Assembly: GCA_965215225.1 (NCBI GenBank)
Contig: OZ244039.1
Span: forward strand, 687,771-751,770
Reading direction: 5' to 3'
Length of the DNA: 64,000 nt
Source of the DNA: Gammaproteobacteria bacterium
Lineage (GTDB): Bacteria; Pseudomonadota; Gammaproteobacteria; CBDBNL01; JAAOII01
A program made the translations under genes and the position numbers. Numbering within the stretch: position 1 is the first letter of the stretch; every line of letters begins with the position of its first letter. Below the pieces are notes generated by a model. It had not been told where the DNA came from, did not search any database, and worked only from the letters and a program-made list of their open reading frames with translations. Positions 1 through 9,355 of the stretch are shown here, piece by piece.

Positions 1-582
1 GCCTGGGCGCTTCAGCATACTAAGGAACTAGAGGATCCCGATTTTTGTACTGGTAGTCAAGAGAACAACCGTCTCTTTGTTAAGAATTTAATTGCGCTTT
101 ATGTTTGTATGGAGTCCTTATGGTTTTATACCGGCTTTGCTCAGATTCTATCAATGGGGCGGCGGAATAAGATGACTGGTATAGCGGAACAGTATCAATA
201 TATTATGAGAGATGAATCGCTTCATTTCAATTTTGGCATAGATGTGATCAACCAGATACGGATAGAGAATCCTGGCCTGTGGAGCGGTGTCTTTGAGAAG
301 GAGGTGCTGCGGATGATTCACGAGGCTTTGGAGTTGGAGATTGCCTATGCTCATGATACTATGCCGCGCAATCTATTGGGTATGAATGCCAATATGGTAG
401 AGACCTATATGAAGTATATAGCCAATCGTCGCCTCAAGCAACTTGGCTTACCGCCCGAATTTAAGGATGTATCCAATCCCTTTCCTTGGATGTCGGAGAT
501 AATGGATCTTGGCAAGGAAAAGAATTTCTTTGAAACTCGGGTAACCGATTACCAAACTGGTGGTGCTCTAGAGTGGGATTGA
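1..582 (+). CDS. nrdB: Ribonucleoside-diphosphate reductase beta subunit (class Ia R2), 5'-truncated by window edge
   Basis: Frame-1 translation is open from nt 1; C-terminal NrdB-like sequence (..[18 protein letters not shown].., [18 protein letters not shown]). The track ORF 109..582 is only the internal-Met part. Confidence 0.8.
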   Translation, partial: AWALQHTKELEDPDFCTGSQENNRLFVKNLIALYVCMESLWFYTGFAQILSMGRRNKMTGIAEQYQYIMRDESLHFNFGIDVINQIRIENPGLWSGVFEKEVLRMIHEALELEIAYAHDTMPRNLLGMNANMVETYMKYIANRRLKQLGLPPEFKDVSNPFPWMSEIMDLGKEKNFFETRVTDYQTGGALEWD

Positions 583-621
583 GACAGCCTGTCTTAATCT
601 GCATTTCTTAATAAGTATTTT

Positions 622-2130
622 TTGGGGTCTATGAAATCTTTTCTTCATCGTTCTACCTCTATAGAGCGATTTGGCGTAGAGAAATTATGGGACCTTCTTA
701 TCATAGGTGGTGGGGCGGCTGGGCTGGGTTGTGCACTAGATGCGGCGCGGCGAGGCTACAAGGTTCTATTGGTGGAGAAAAGAGACTTTGCCTCTGGTAC
801 CTCAAGTCGTAGTAGCAAGATGATTCACGGCGGGGTTCGTTATCTTAAGCAAGGAAATCTCTCATTGGTTCGGAGTGCCCTGCGCGAGCGCAACCTGCTT
901 GTTCGTAATGCTCCTTCGTTAGTTAAGGAGCAGCGCTTTGTCATACCTCTTTATAGTTCAATGCAATTAGCAATCTATGCTATGGGGATGCGCTTCTATG
1001 ATACCCTGGCAAGAGGTCAGCAGATGGAGCCAAGTAAGCTTCTTTCTGTCAATCAGGTCTGCACTCAGCTGACTGGGGTTAGATCGCAAGGACTGAAAGG
1101 AGGGGTTACTTATAGTGATGGGCTGTTTGATGATGCTCGTTTGGCTCTTGCCATAGCTCAGGCTGCAACCAAACAAGGCGCTTGTCTGCTGAACTATATG
1201 GAAGCAGTGTCCTTAGTTGAAACCAGGAATGGAAGAATAGCCGGGGCTCTTATTAAGGACACATTAAGCGGAAAGGAATATGAGGTTAAGAGCAGAGGGG
1301 TCATTAATGCAAGTGGCATATTTGTTGATGAATTACTGGCTAAGACGGCTAAGGCAAGCAGGCGCCAGCGTATAAGTCAGGGAAGTCATATCTTGTTAGC
1401 AAGTGAGTTTTTGCCGGGCAAAACTGCGATGCTCATTCCTCGTACTTCTGACGGTCGGGTGCTCTTTTGTATTCCCTGGCATAATAGATTGCTGGTTGGC
1501 ACCACCGATATAGAAGTTGATAAGCCAGAGGAAGAACCTCGGCCCCAGCCACAGGAGCTTGAGTTTCTCCTTAATACCTGTGGTCATTATCTTGATAGAA
1601 AACCCAGCTCAGCAGATGTCCTAAGCACCTTTGCTGGTCAGCGCCCTCTGCCCGCGCGGCTTGGGATAGTTGCCACCAAGGATATAAGTCGCGAGCATCA
1701 ACTAGAGACCTCGCCTGCTGGCATTATTAGTATCATAGGAGGCAAATGGACAACCTATCGTGCCATTGCCGAGGATGCGGTCTTGGCTGCAGCTGCCCAG
1801 CTTGGCGATCAGCCCTCCAACCAAAACGAAGAGTTTTCTCTCAGGGTGGATTTGCCCCTTAAGGAAGAAGAACTAGACGATGAGCTAATTCATCCCAAGT
1901 TTTCCTATACCAAAGGAGATATTGTTGTCGCAGTTCGCTATGAGATGGCATATAGGCTTGCGGATGTGATGGCAAGGCGAACTCGTATGCTAATGTTGGA
2001 TGTGCGCGCCGCCCGAGAGGCCTCTTCCTCAGTGGCGAAGCTTATGGCGCAGGAGCTCAACAAGGACAATGCTTGGGTCCAGCAGCAACAAGAAGAATTT
2101 TATCGCCTCTCAGCTGGCTATCTTCCTTGA
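622..2130 (+). CDS. glpD: FAD-dependent glycerol-3-phosphate dehydrogenase
   Basis: N-terminal FAD dinucleotide fold DLLIIGGGAAGLGCALDAARRGYKVLLVEKRDFASGTSSRSSKMIHGGVRYL typical of GlpD/GlpA family; 502 aa. Confidence 0.8.
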   Translation: MGSMKSFLHRSTSIERFGVEKLWDLLIIGGGAAGLGCALDAARRGYKVLLVEKRDFASGTSSRSSKMIHGGVRYLKQGNLSLVRSALRERNLLVRNAPSLVKEQRFVIPLYSSMQLAIYAMGMRFYDTLARGQQMEPSKLLSVNQVCTQLTGVRSQGLKGGVTYSDGLFDDARLALAIAQAATKQGACLLNYMEAVSLVETRNGRIAGALIKDTLSGKEYEVKSRGVINASGIFVDELLAKTAKASRRQRISQGSHILLASEFLPGKTAMLIPRTSDGRVLFCIPWHNRLLVGTTDIEVDKPEEEPRPQPQELEFLLNTCGHYLDRKPSSADVLSTFAGQRPLPARLGIVATKDISREHQLETSPAGIISIIGGKWTTYRAIAEDAVLAAAAQLGDQPSNQNEEFSLRVDLPLKEEELDDELIHPKFSYTKGDIVVAVRYEMAYRLADVMARRTRMLMLDVRAAREASSSVAKLMAQELNKDNAWVQQQQEEFYRLSAGYLP

Positions 2131-2207
2131 GGTGCTGGTCAGATCATTTGCCTAGTCTCGGACCTGAACTCTGAGCCCAAGCAAGATAGCAAATTAAGGC
2201 AAAGAAG

Positions 2208-2750
2208 CGGAGAAAGAAGCAAAAAAGAGATAATGGAATCTTAGGAAATAATTTTCATTATTAATCAGCTATTTGCTTTATCGATGCTATAATGCAGTGA
2301 TTAATTGATAACATATGGGGGGTGCTCTCTAATGATTGGGCAAAGCCGATGTACTTATAGTGAGAACTCAGACTATGATTTTTTATCAATTAAAGCTTGA
2401 ATATAAATATGACTAGCATATAAATACAACTAACATGAAAGCTTTGATTAATTAAGAGAGTTTATGAATTTGTGGCAGATTGTGTATAAATCCCTTAATT
2501 TTTTTGATTAAATGCAATTTTTTTTCTTTTTTTATGCGTATCGCGTCTTTTTTTGTATAATCTCTTCCATGATATTAATTATTCAGCGCTTTTTAGCTAT
2601 TTGTTTTATTGATGTTAGAATGTGGCGGTCAATTGATGACATTAGGGGACCTCTCTAATGATTAGTCAGAGCCGATGCACTTATAGTGGAAATTCACACT
2701 ATAGTCTTTTCCATCAATTAAAACTTGAATATAAATACAACTAACATATA
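2208..2750 (+). repeat. Two tandem copies of a ~160-200 bp intergenic repeat module (shared segments agctatttg(c/t)tttat..tg(c/t)tataat..gattaattga..ggggacctctctaatgatt..gcacttatagtg..atcaattaaa.cttgaatataaataca) upstream of GLUG lipoprotein gene 1
   Basis: Direct comparison of 2265-2425 vs 2571-2745 vs 4950-5140; each copy contains an extended -10 (TGnTATAAT-like) box. Confidence 0.7.
2285..2293 (+). promoter_or_regulatory. Extended -10 element tgcTATAAT inside repeat module (second module has tgtTAGAAT near 2611)
   Basis: Sequence motif only; recurs in every module copy. Confidence 0.35.
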
Positions 2751-2831
2751 ATTATGAGCATGTTATATTTCTTTTTAGGCAAAGCCTTTCGTTTGGCTGG
2801 CTCTACACCCCTTCCAATTGTGCTTGGCAAG

Positions 2832-4700
2832 ATGAGGCGGTTCCTCTTCTTATTTGTTGGGGTTGGTTTCTTATCAGTTGCTCTTACTGCTTGTAGCGGT
2901 GGAAGCAATGGGGGCAGTAGCGGTTCAGGTGGGGGCAACAATCCTGCAACCAACGGCACATTGGCGACTGATGAAGAAGGCAATATGTCTGTGAGGGGGA
3001 CGGGCAATCTTTCTATGGATAACATTTCTAATACGGATGAAGGGGGAAGCGTTTCTACTGACTCCGAAGATAACTCTACCGATGAGGAGGGGGATAATGT
3101 GTCTATGGGGGATGAGGCAGGTGGCACATCGGTGATGGATGGCGAGACCAATCAATCAACAAACACGACCGAAGAAGATAATCCTATGGATAAGAAGGGA
3201 GATAATGTATCTATGGGAGATGGGGTGGGCGGGGAAGGTGACCCATCGGGCATGGGTGGCGATACTATGCCAGACGTTAATGAGCCAGATGGTGACAAAG
3301 ATGGAGTGGCGGATGAGTTGGATGTGGATAGAGATGGTGATGGATTGATAGAGATAACCACAGCGGATGGATTGAATGGGGTTCGTTATGCTTTGGATGG
3401 TAGCGGCCGTAGGCTAGCTGAAGGGGATCCGTTGAATACGGCTGGCTGTGGCAATGGTAATACCACTACTTCTTGTGTTGGTTATGAGTTGGCAGCGAAT
3501 ATAAGTCTTGCATCCTATGCGGATGCTGATGGGGGCAAAGGCTGGCAACCCTTGGGTCATGATACAAATAATGCTACAGATGGATGTCAAGGGTCTGCTT
3601 TTGATGGAATTTTTGAAGGCAATGGTTTTGTGATTAGTGATTTAAGAATTCAGCGCCTAAGAACCGATTGTGTCGGCTTGTTCGGTCATATAACTGAAAG
3701 TTCAGAGATACACAACCTGACTCTTCATGCCGATAGAGTGGCGGGTGAGGATAGTGTAGGCGCTTTGGTGGGGGATGGTTCATCGGCGGTTATTGTCTCT
3801 TCATCGGCGGAGGTGCGGAGGGTGAGTGGTTCCAGTAAGGTAGGTGGTTTGGTAGGGGATGGAACGGGCGTGCAGATTGTTAATTCTTCGATCGTGGTCG
3901 GTGAGGTGAGTGCGACCAATACGAATAGTTATGTAGGTGGTTTGGTGGGGGATGGGATGAACGCTCGGATTTTTTATTCTTTTGTTAAGGTAGGTGAGGT
4001 GAGTGGGGAGATTATGTGGGTGGGTGGTTTGATCGGCTATGGTGAAGCGGCTGAGGTTGTCTCGTCATCGGTGATAGCAAATGAGGTGGACGGGATTCGT
4101 AATGTAGGTGGTTTGATCGGCTATGGTGAAGCGGCTCAGGTTGTCTCGTCATCGGTGGTGGTCGGTAGGGTAGGTAGCACTGATCGCCGTTCGGACCAAG
4201 CTATAGGGGGACTGGTGGGCTATGGATTTGATTCGCAAATCTATTCTTCTTCGGTCGTCGCAAGGAAGGTGATTGGTTCTGATGATCAAGTAGGCGGTCT
4301 GACAGGCTATGGCCAAAGAGCGCGTGGGATTTATTCTTATGTGATCTCAAATAGCAACATCACTTTATTTGGTGCCGAGAATGGTGAGGGCGCCTATAAT
4401 AATGCCTCCTATATTAATAATCTTAGCAGCATGCCAACAGACTATACAGGGATCTATGCTTCTTGGAACAAGACAGCCGAGCCATTGGCGGTATGGTGTG
4501 ATAGGGATAATAGTGAGAGTATAGAGTCAGATGAACGAACCAATGACAATCGCATTTGGGATTTCGGCACTGAAAATGAGTATCCCGCCATTCGCTGCAC
4601 TCCCATAGCCCCTGCCGACTGGCGTGATTGGTGGTTCTTGAATAGGACGACTGGCGACCTCCAACTAGACCAAGCTCGTTTGAACGAGCTGCTTCCCTAG
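2832..4700 (+). CDS. GLUG-motif repeat lipoprotein with Asp-rich thrombospondin-type-3-like Ca-binding repeats (paralog 1)
   Basis: Signal peptide + lipobox MRRFLFLFVGVGFLSVALTAC. Acidic/Gly-Ser-rich linker. D-x-D-x-D repeats (DVDRDGDGLIE). Nine or more repeats of VGGLVG(D/Y)G..A.I..S.V.G.V (GLUG motif family). Conserved C-terminal domain shared with paralog 2 (EPLAVWCD..EYPAIRCTPI.PADWRDWWFLN). Track ORF starts at 2754 but the conserved Met is at 2832. Confidence 0.75.
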   Translation: MRRFLFLFVGVGFLSVALTACSGGSNGGSSGSGGGNNPATNGTLATDEEGNMSVRGTGNLSMDNISNTDEGGSVSTDSEDNSTDEEGDNVSMGDEAGGTSVMDGETNQSTNTTEEDNPMDKKGDNVSMGDGVGGEGDPSGMGGDTMPDVNEPDGDKDGVADELDVDRDGDGLIEITTADGLNGVRYALDGSGRRLAEGDPLNTAGCGNGNTTTSCVGYELAANISLASYADADGGKGWQPLGHDTNNATDGCQGSAFDGIFEGNGFVISDLRIQRLRTDCVGLFGHITESSEIHNLTLHADRVAGEDSVGALVGDGSSAVIVSSSAEVRRVSGSSKVGGLVGDGTGVQIVNSSIVVGEVSATNTNSYVGGLVGDGMNARIFYSFVKVGEVSGEIMWVGGLIGYGEAAEVVSSSVIANEVDGIRNVGGLIGYGEAAQVVSSSVVVGRVGSTDRRSDQAIGGLVGYGFDSQIYSSSVVARKVIGSDDQVGGLTGYGQRARGIYSYVISNSNITLFGAENGEGAYNNASYINNLSSMPTDYTGIYASWNKTAEPLAVWCDRDNSESIESDERTNDNRIWDFGTENEYPAIRCTPIAPADWRDWWFLNRTTGDLQLDQARLNELLP

Positions 4701-4744
4701 CTTCACCCGCAATGGCATAGATGAAGTATGAGGGATAAAGTAGC

Positions 4745-5140
4745 TAGATAGAAGAAGAGAAGCAAAGAAAAAATAATAGAACCTTAGCGAATAATTTCCA
4801 CTATTAATTAGCTGAAACCTTTGATTGTTCTAATTAATGAAAGATTTTTGGTGGGGTATGTTGATTATCTAATATTCATTTTTGTTTTTTTTGAATGCGG
4901 ATTTTCTTTGTATGATGTCTTTAATATGGTTAATTAATCGAAACTTTCTAGCTATTTGTTTTATTTGTGTTATAATCTAGCGATTAATTAATAGCATGAG
5001 GGGACCTCTCTAATGATTGGATGGGATTGTATAATCCCGTCCAAGAAGAGAGGTTGCACTTATGATGGAAACTCATGCTGTTAATTAGCCATTTGTTTTA
5101 TTGGTGCTATAATGCAGCTACAATTAAGATACAACCATAA
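4745..5140 (+). repeat. Further copies (1.5-2) of the promoter-bearing intergenic repeat module, here carrying an inserted ~46-bp IS30-family terminal-IR fragment (5020-5065)
   Basis: agctatttgttttatttgtgttataat..ggggacctctctaatgatt + tggatgggattgtataatcccgtccaagaagagaggttgcacttat (matches outer end of the IS30 copies at 35.1/36.2 kb) + partial copy with tgctataat at 5105-5113. Confidence 0.65.
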
Positions 5141-5321
5141 TTGACTTATGTTCGTAAATACAATATTTTTTGGGGGGAGGAAAGCCTTTCGTTTGGCTAA
5201 AGGCTCTTATTTAGCTTTAGATGCCTATTCTTTTATGCCTTCTCTATTTAGGCTTCTATTCGGCCGCTTCTTTATTATGCCCTCTGCCTCTTTTGTGTCT
5301 TTTCCGATTTTGCTTGGCAAG

Positions 5322-7346
5322 ATGAGGCGATTTCTCTTCTTCTTAGTTGGGGTTGGTTTCTTATCAGTTGTTCTTATTGCTTGTGCTGGCGGCGGGGGAG
5401 GTTCAAGCAGCGGTTCGGGCAGTGACAGTTCGGAAGATGATCCGTTTGTCTTAGCATTCAGTCCTTTTGATGGAGGGGTTAATATTACTTTGACAAATGG
5501 GGCGGCCTATGCTGGTAGGAACATAACGGCTGTCCGTATTGACGCCACTTCTTATAAAGTGAATGGGGATGCTGCTCGATTTATGCAGAGGCCAGATATT
5601 TCGTTGGAGGATTTGATATCGGGTTATACTTTCACGGGTCTTATGTCGGGGGAGGAATATAAATTTGATTTTTTCTATGAAGAGACCTTGGTGAATGGCA
5701 CTCAGGTTGAGAGGGAGATAGAGTGGGAGCCGGTAGCGCGGAATTTGGCGGACTATAATGATACGGCAGATGGTTCGGTTCGTGGGCGGATAGCCATAGG
5801 GGAGGATGGAGACGGCAATGGCATAGCGGATTTTTTAGATGAGAAGTTAGCGGGGGGTCCAGGGACTGATCCGGGAACAGGTGGTCCCAGTGATGACGAT
5901 GGTGATGGCAGGGCGAATGCTGCGGATAATTGCCCGCTTGTTGCCAATGCTCCACAGACTGATACTGATGGGGATGGTGCCGGCGATGCTTGTGATGTAG
6001 ATGATGATGGCGATGGGTTGATAGAGATAGCTACAGCAGAGGAATTGAATTCAGTTCGCTATGCTCTAGATGGCAGTGGGCGTAGGTCATTGGATGGTGG
6101 GGCGCTCGACTCCACTGGCTGTGGTGATGGCACTACCACTTCTTGTTCTGGCTATGAGCTGGTTGCGGATATAAGTCTTGCAACCTATGCGGATGCTGAT
6201 GGCGGTAAAGGCTGGCAACCATTAGGGCATGATACAGGTAGTGGCGGCGGATGTCAAGGAACTGCTTTTAGTGGGATTTTTGAAGGCAATGGCTGGACGA
6301 TTAGCAATTTAAGCATTAGTCGTTCAGGTCAGGATTGTGTGGGCATGTTTGGCCATATAGCTGATAATTCAGAGATTCGCAATCTGACTCTTCGTGCCGA
6401 AGCAGTGATAGGTAGGATTGGAGTAGGCGGTCTGGTGGGAAATGGTGGAAATGCTCGGATTGTTTCTTCTTCGGTTGTGGCGGGTGAGGTGAAGGGGACT
6501 GGTGCTAATAGTGTAGGCGGTTTGGTGGGGTTTGGTCAATTGGTTTGGATTCATTCTTCATCGGTTGTGGTGGGTGAGGTGAGTGGGGGTGACGACGTAG
6601 GTGGTTTGGTGGGGTTTGGTCCAGGTGCTCAGATTCATTCTTCTTCGGTTGTGGTGGGTAGAGTGAGAAAGATTGGTAGTGGGCTAGCAAAGGAGATAGG
6701 TGGTCTGATGGGAGATGGTCAATTGGCTCGGATTCATTCTTCATCGGTTGTGGTGGATGAAGTGCGCGGGGGTAGCCGTGATGCTATAGGCGGTTTGATA
6801 GGGAATGGTAATGATGCTCGGATTGTTTCTTCTTCGGTTATGGTAGGTCAGGTGATAGGAAGTGGTTTTGTAGGTGGTCTGGTAGGAAGCTTTGAAAAGG
6901 GCAAGGTTGCTTATTCTTATGTGGTCTCAGGCAGTAATATTAGTATGCTGGTTGATCGAAGCCAAGATGCTCTTGGAGTTGCTTCTTATTGGGACAGTGA
7001 TACTAGTGGGGTCACTAGTGGAAACATCGGTGATCCTCAGACCACTAGTAAGCTTCGCACTCCAACTGACTATACAGATATTTATGCCAGTTGGGTCGAG
7101 GATATGGATATATTTGGCAATGAGGACGAGCCATTGGCGGTTTGGTGTGATGAGGATCATAGTGGGAGCATTGAAGAGGATGAAAAAATCGATGCCAATC
7201 TTATCTGGAATTTCGGCACGAATACGGAGTATCCCGCCATTCGCTGCACTCCCATCCGTCCTGCCGACTGGCGTGATTGGTGGTTCTTGAATGCGACTGG
7301 CAAACCCCAACTAAACCGGGATCGTCTGAACGAGCTGCTTCCTTAA
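5322..7346 (+). CDS. GLUG-motif repeat lipoprotein with thrombospondin-type-3-like Ca-binding repeats (paralog 2)
   Basis: MRRFLFFLVGVGFLSVVLIAC lipobox. DTDGDGAGDACDVDDDGDGLIE Ca-binding repeats. Multiple VGGLVG.G..ARI.SSSVV.GEV GLUG-like repeats. Same C-terminal domain as paralog 1. Conserved 5' leader aaagcctttcgtttggct in both genes. Track start 5148 probably too far upstream. Confidence 0.75.
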   Translation: MRRFLFFLVGVGFLSVVLIACAGGGGGSSSGSGSDSSEDDPFVLAFSPFDGGVNITLTNGAAYAGRNITAVRIDATSYKVNGDAARFMQRPDISLEDLISGYTFTGLMSGEEYKFDFFYEETLVNGTQVEREIEWEPVARNLADYNDTADGSVRGRIAIGEDGDGNGIADFLDEKLAGGPGTDPGTGGPSDDDGDGRANAADNCPLVANAPQTDTDGDGAGDACDVDDDGDGLIEIATAEELNSVRYALDGSGRRSLDGGALDSTGCGDGTTTSCSGYELVADISLATYADADGGKGWQPLGHDTGSGGGCQGTAFSGIFEGNGWTISNLSISRSGQDCVGMFGHIADNSEIRNLTLRAEAVIGRIGVGGLVGNGGNARIVSSSVVAGEVKGTGANSVGGLVGFGQLVWIHSSSVVVGEVSGGDDVGGLVGFGPGAQIHSSSVVVGRVRKIGSGLAKEIGGLMGDGQLARIHSSSVVVDEVRGGSRDAIGGLIGNGNDARIVSSSVMVGQVIGSGFVGGLVGSFEKGKVAYSYVVSGSNISMLVDRSQDALGVASYWDSDTSGVTSGNIGDPQTTSKLRTPTDYTDIYASWVEDMDIFGNEDEPLAVWCDEDHSGSIEEDEKIDANLIWNFGTNTEYPAIRCTPIRPADWRDWWFLNATGKPQLNRDRLNELLP

Positions 7347-7577
7347 ACTAACGACCTGCTTTGGTTAGTCTCTTGGCTTCAACAGCTTCAATCTAATGGT
7401 CTTCCCCAACTAGACCAAACTCGTTGGGAACCAGCTGCTTCCTTCCTTATAAACTGACAACTGACTGCTGGTTAATTTTATTTAAATTAGGGCAACTTCA
7501 AAATATTGTTTCTATATTGTTATAGGATTGCTATAGAAACATTCTTTGATTAGAATAGAATATAACTCTTTTAGCCA

Positions 7578-8165
7578 ATGCATAAACTTTTTACCAATTG
7601 GGCAAGCCTGCCAAATATTCTTACCTATTTAAGAATAGGCGCCATTATATTGGTGGTCTTCTTCTACTACCTCCCCTGGGAATGGAGTCATTGGACGGCG
7701 GCGGGCATTTTTGTTATTGCGGCGGTTACTGATTGGATGGACGGTTATCTGGCTAGGATATGGAAGCTGAGAACGGCTTTGGGGGAATTTCTTGATCCGC
7801 TTGCCGATAAATTACTGATATCCATAAGCCTTATTCTTCTAGTGCAGGCCTATGATAATCTATTGGCGACTCTCATTGCGATGGTCATTATTGGGAGGGA
7901 GCTGAGTGTGATGGCGCTGCGCGGCCTATTGGCAAAGGAAGAGGGAGTTAAGTTGATGATGGGAAGGATTCCAGTTAGTGTTTGGGGTAAGGCTAAGACC
8001 TTTCTTCAGATGTTGGGGATTGCTTGCTTCTTGGCGTTTCCTCCACAAGAAGAGTCCTTATTGCCTGATTGGATTGCCCTGGCTATTCTGACGCTGGCAG
8101 CCTTTATGACTCTTTTATCCGCTTTTCTTTATGGCAGGACCCTGTGGCAGTCAAAAGATGAGTGA
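7578..8165 (+). CDS. pgsA: CDP-diacylglycerol--glycerol-3-phosphate 3-phosphatidyltransferase
   Basis: [10 protein letters not shown]...[10 protein letters not shown]...[13 protein letters not shown]-alcohol phosphatidyltransferase motif; 195 aa. Confidence 0.8.
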   Translation: MHKLFTNWASLPNILTYLRIGAIILVVFFYYLPWEWSHWTAAGIFVIAAVTDWMDGYLARIWKLRTALGEFLDPLADKLLISISLILLVQAYDNLLATLIAMVIIGRELSVMALRGLLAKEEGVKLMMGRIPVSVWGKAKTFLQMLGIACFLAFPPQEESLLPDWIALAILTLAAFMTLLSAFLYGRTLWQSKDE

Positions 8166-9351
8166 TATTCAAAAGATAGTTCTTGCCTATTCGGGTGGGC
8201 TAGATACTTCGGCTATTGCCCTGTGGCTACAGGAGGAGTATGATTGTGAGGTGATTGCTTTCACCGCTGACTTGGGTCAAGGAGAGGAGATTGAGGAAGC
8301 TCGTAATAGAGCCCATCAGGCGGGTATAGAGAAGATATATATAGAAGATCTGCGTGAAGAATTTGTTCGTGACTATGTTTTTCCGATGCTGAGGAGCAAT
8401 GCAGTTTATGAAGGGGAGTATCTATTAGGAACAGCCATTGCCCGCCCGCTTATTACTAAAAGACTAGTTGAGATAGCAAAAGAGTCTAAGGCCGAGGCCA
8501 TAGCTCATGGGGCAACTGGCAAGGGGAATGACCAGATTCGCTTTGAGTTGGGCGCTGCTGCTCTGGCGCCCGAACTAAGAGTCATTGCTCCTTGGCGAGA
8601 GTGGTCTTATGGCTCCCGTGCTGAGTTGGTTGCATTCTGTCGTAAGAGAGGAATGCAATTTAGTGATAAAGGCTCTCTCTACTCTATGGATGCTAATCTG
8701 TTTCATATTTCTTATGAAGGCTATGAACTGGAGAATCCAGCTAATCCACCTGATGAAGCCATGTGGCAAAGGACAGTTTCTCCCCAACAGGCAGCGGATA
8801 GAATTATTGAAATTGATATAGAGTTTGAAAGAGGCGATCCTTGTGGCTTGAATGGCGCTAGGATGTCGCCAGCTGAGCTTTTGACTGAGCTAAATCGTTT
8901 AGGAGGGGAAAATGGCATAGGGAGGGTGGATATAGTAGAGAATCGCTATATAGGAATGAAGTCGCGCGGCTGTTATGAGACTCCTGGCGGGACTATCTTG
9001 CTGAGGGCGCATAGGGCGATGGAGTCGTTAACTTTGGATGCCAAGCTCGCTCATCTTAAGGATTCTATTATGCCAACCTATGCCGAGCTGATTTATAATG
9101 GCTACTGGTGGGCTGGCGAACGCCAAGCGCTTCAACAGCTCATTGATTATAGCCAGAAAAATGTAACTGGGCGGGTGCAGGTTCAGCTCTATAAGGGGAA
9201 TGTTACCATTGTAGGACGCCATTCTCCTCATAGTCGCTATGATGAGAAGACTGCTACCTTTGAAGACGGCGGAGGGTCTTATGACCATAAGGATGCAGCT
9301 GGGTTTATCCGCCTTAATGCACTACGTTTTTTACATCAAAAAAGGGCATAA
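8158..9351 (+). CDS. argG: Argininosuccinate synthase
   Basis: [14 protein letters not shown]-loop, ..[20 protein letters not shown].., ~400 aa; start placed at MSDIQK (8158) rather than track 8131 which overlaps pgsA. Confidence 0.85.
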   Translation: MSDIQKIVLAYSGGLDTSAIALWLQEEYDCEVIAFTADLGQGEEIEEARNRAHQAGIEKIYIEDLREEFVRDYVFPMLRSNAVYEGEYLLGTAIARPLITKRLVEIAKESKAEAIAHGATGKGNDQIRFELGAAALAPELRVIAPWREWSYGSRAELVAFCRKRGMQFSDKGSLYSMDANLFHISYEGYELENPANPPDEAMWQRTVSPQQAADRIIEIDIEFERGDPCGLNGARMSPAELLTELNRLGGENGIGRVDIVENRYIGMKSRGCYETPGGTILLRAHRAMESLTLDAKLAHLKDSIMPTYAELIYNGYWWAGERQALQQLIDYSQKNVTGRVQVQLYKGNVTIVGRHSPHSRYDEKTATFEDGGGSYDHKDAAGFIRLNALRFLHQKRA

Positions 9352-9355
9352 GCTT

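Noticed and set aside
2741-4700. Antisense/alternate-frame ORFs within GLUG lipoprotein gene 1 (2741..3151 -, 2925..3155 -, 3139..3348 +, 3152..3361 -, 3725..3919 -)
   Set aside because: They overlap a well-supported CDS, are Pro/Ser-rich translations of the opposite strand of G/A-rich repeats, and have no independent support.
5641-7310. Alternate-frame ORFs inside GLUG lipoprotein gene 2 (5641..5955 -, 5753..5947 -, 6369..6554 -, 6505..6744 -, 6892..7290 +, 6927..7310 -)
   Set aside because: Same as above: repeat-driven open frames embedded in a strongly supported CDS.
7380-7445. Possible third GLUG-protein gene downstream of paralog 2
   Set aside because: Only a ~45-bp remnant matching the paralog 3' end is present. 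It is noted in a finding but not annotated as a gene.
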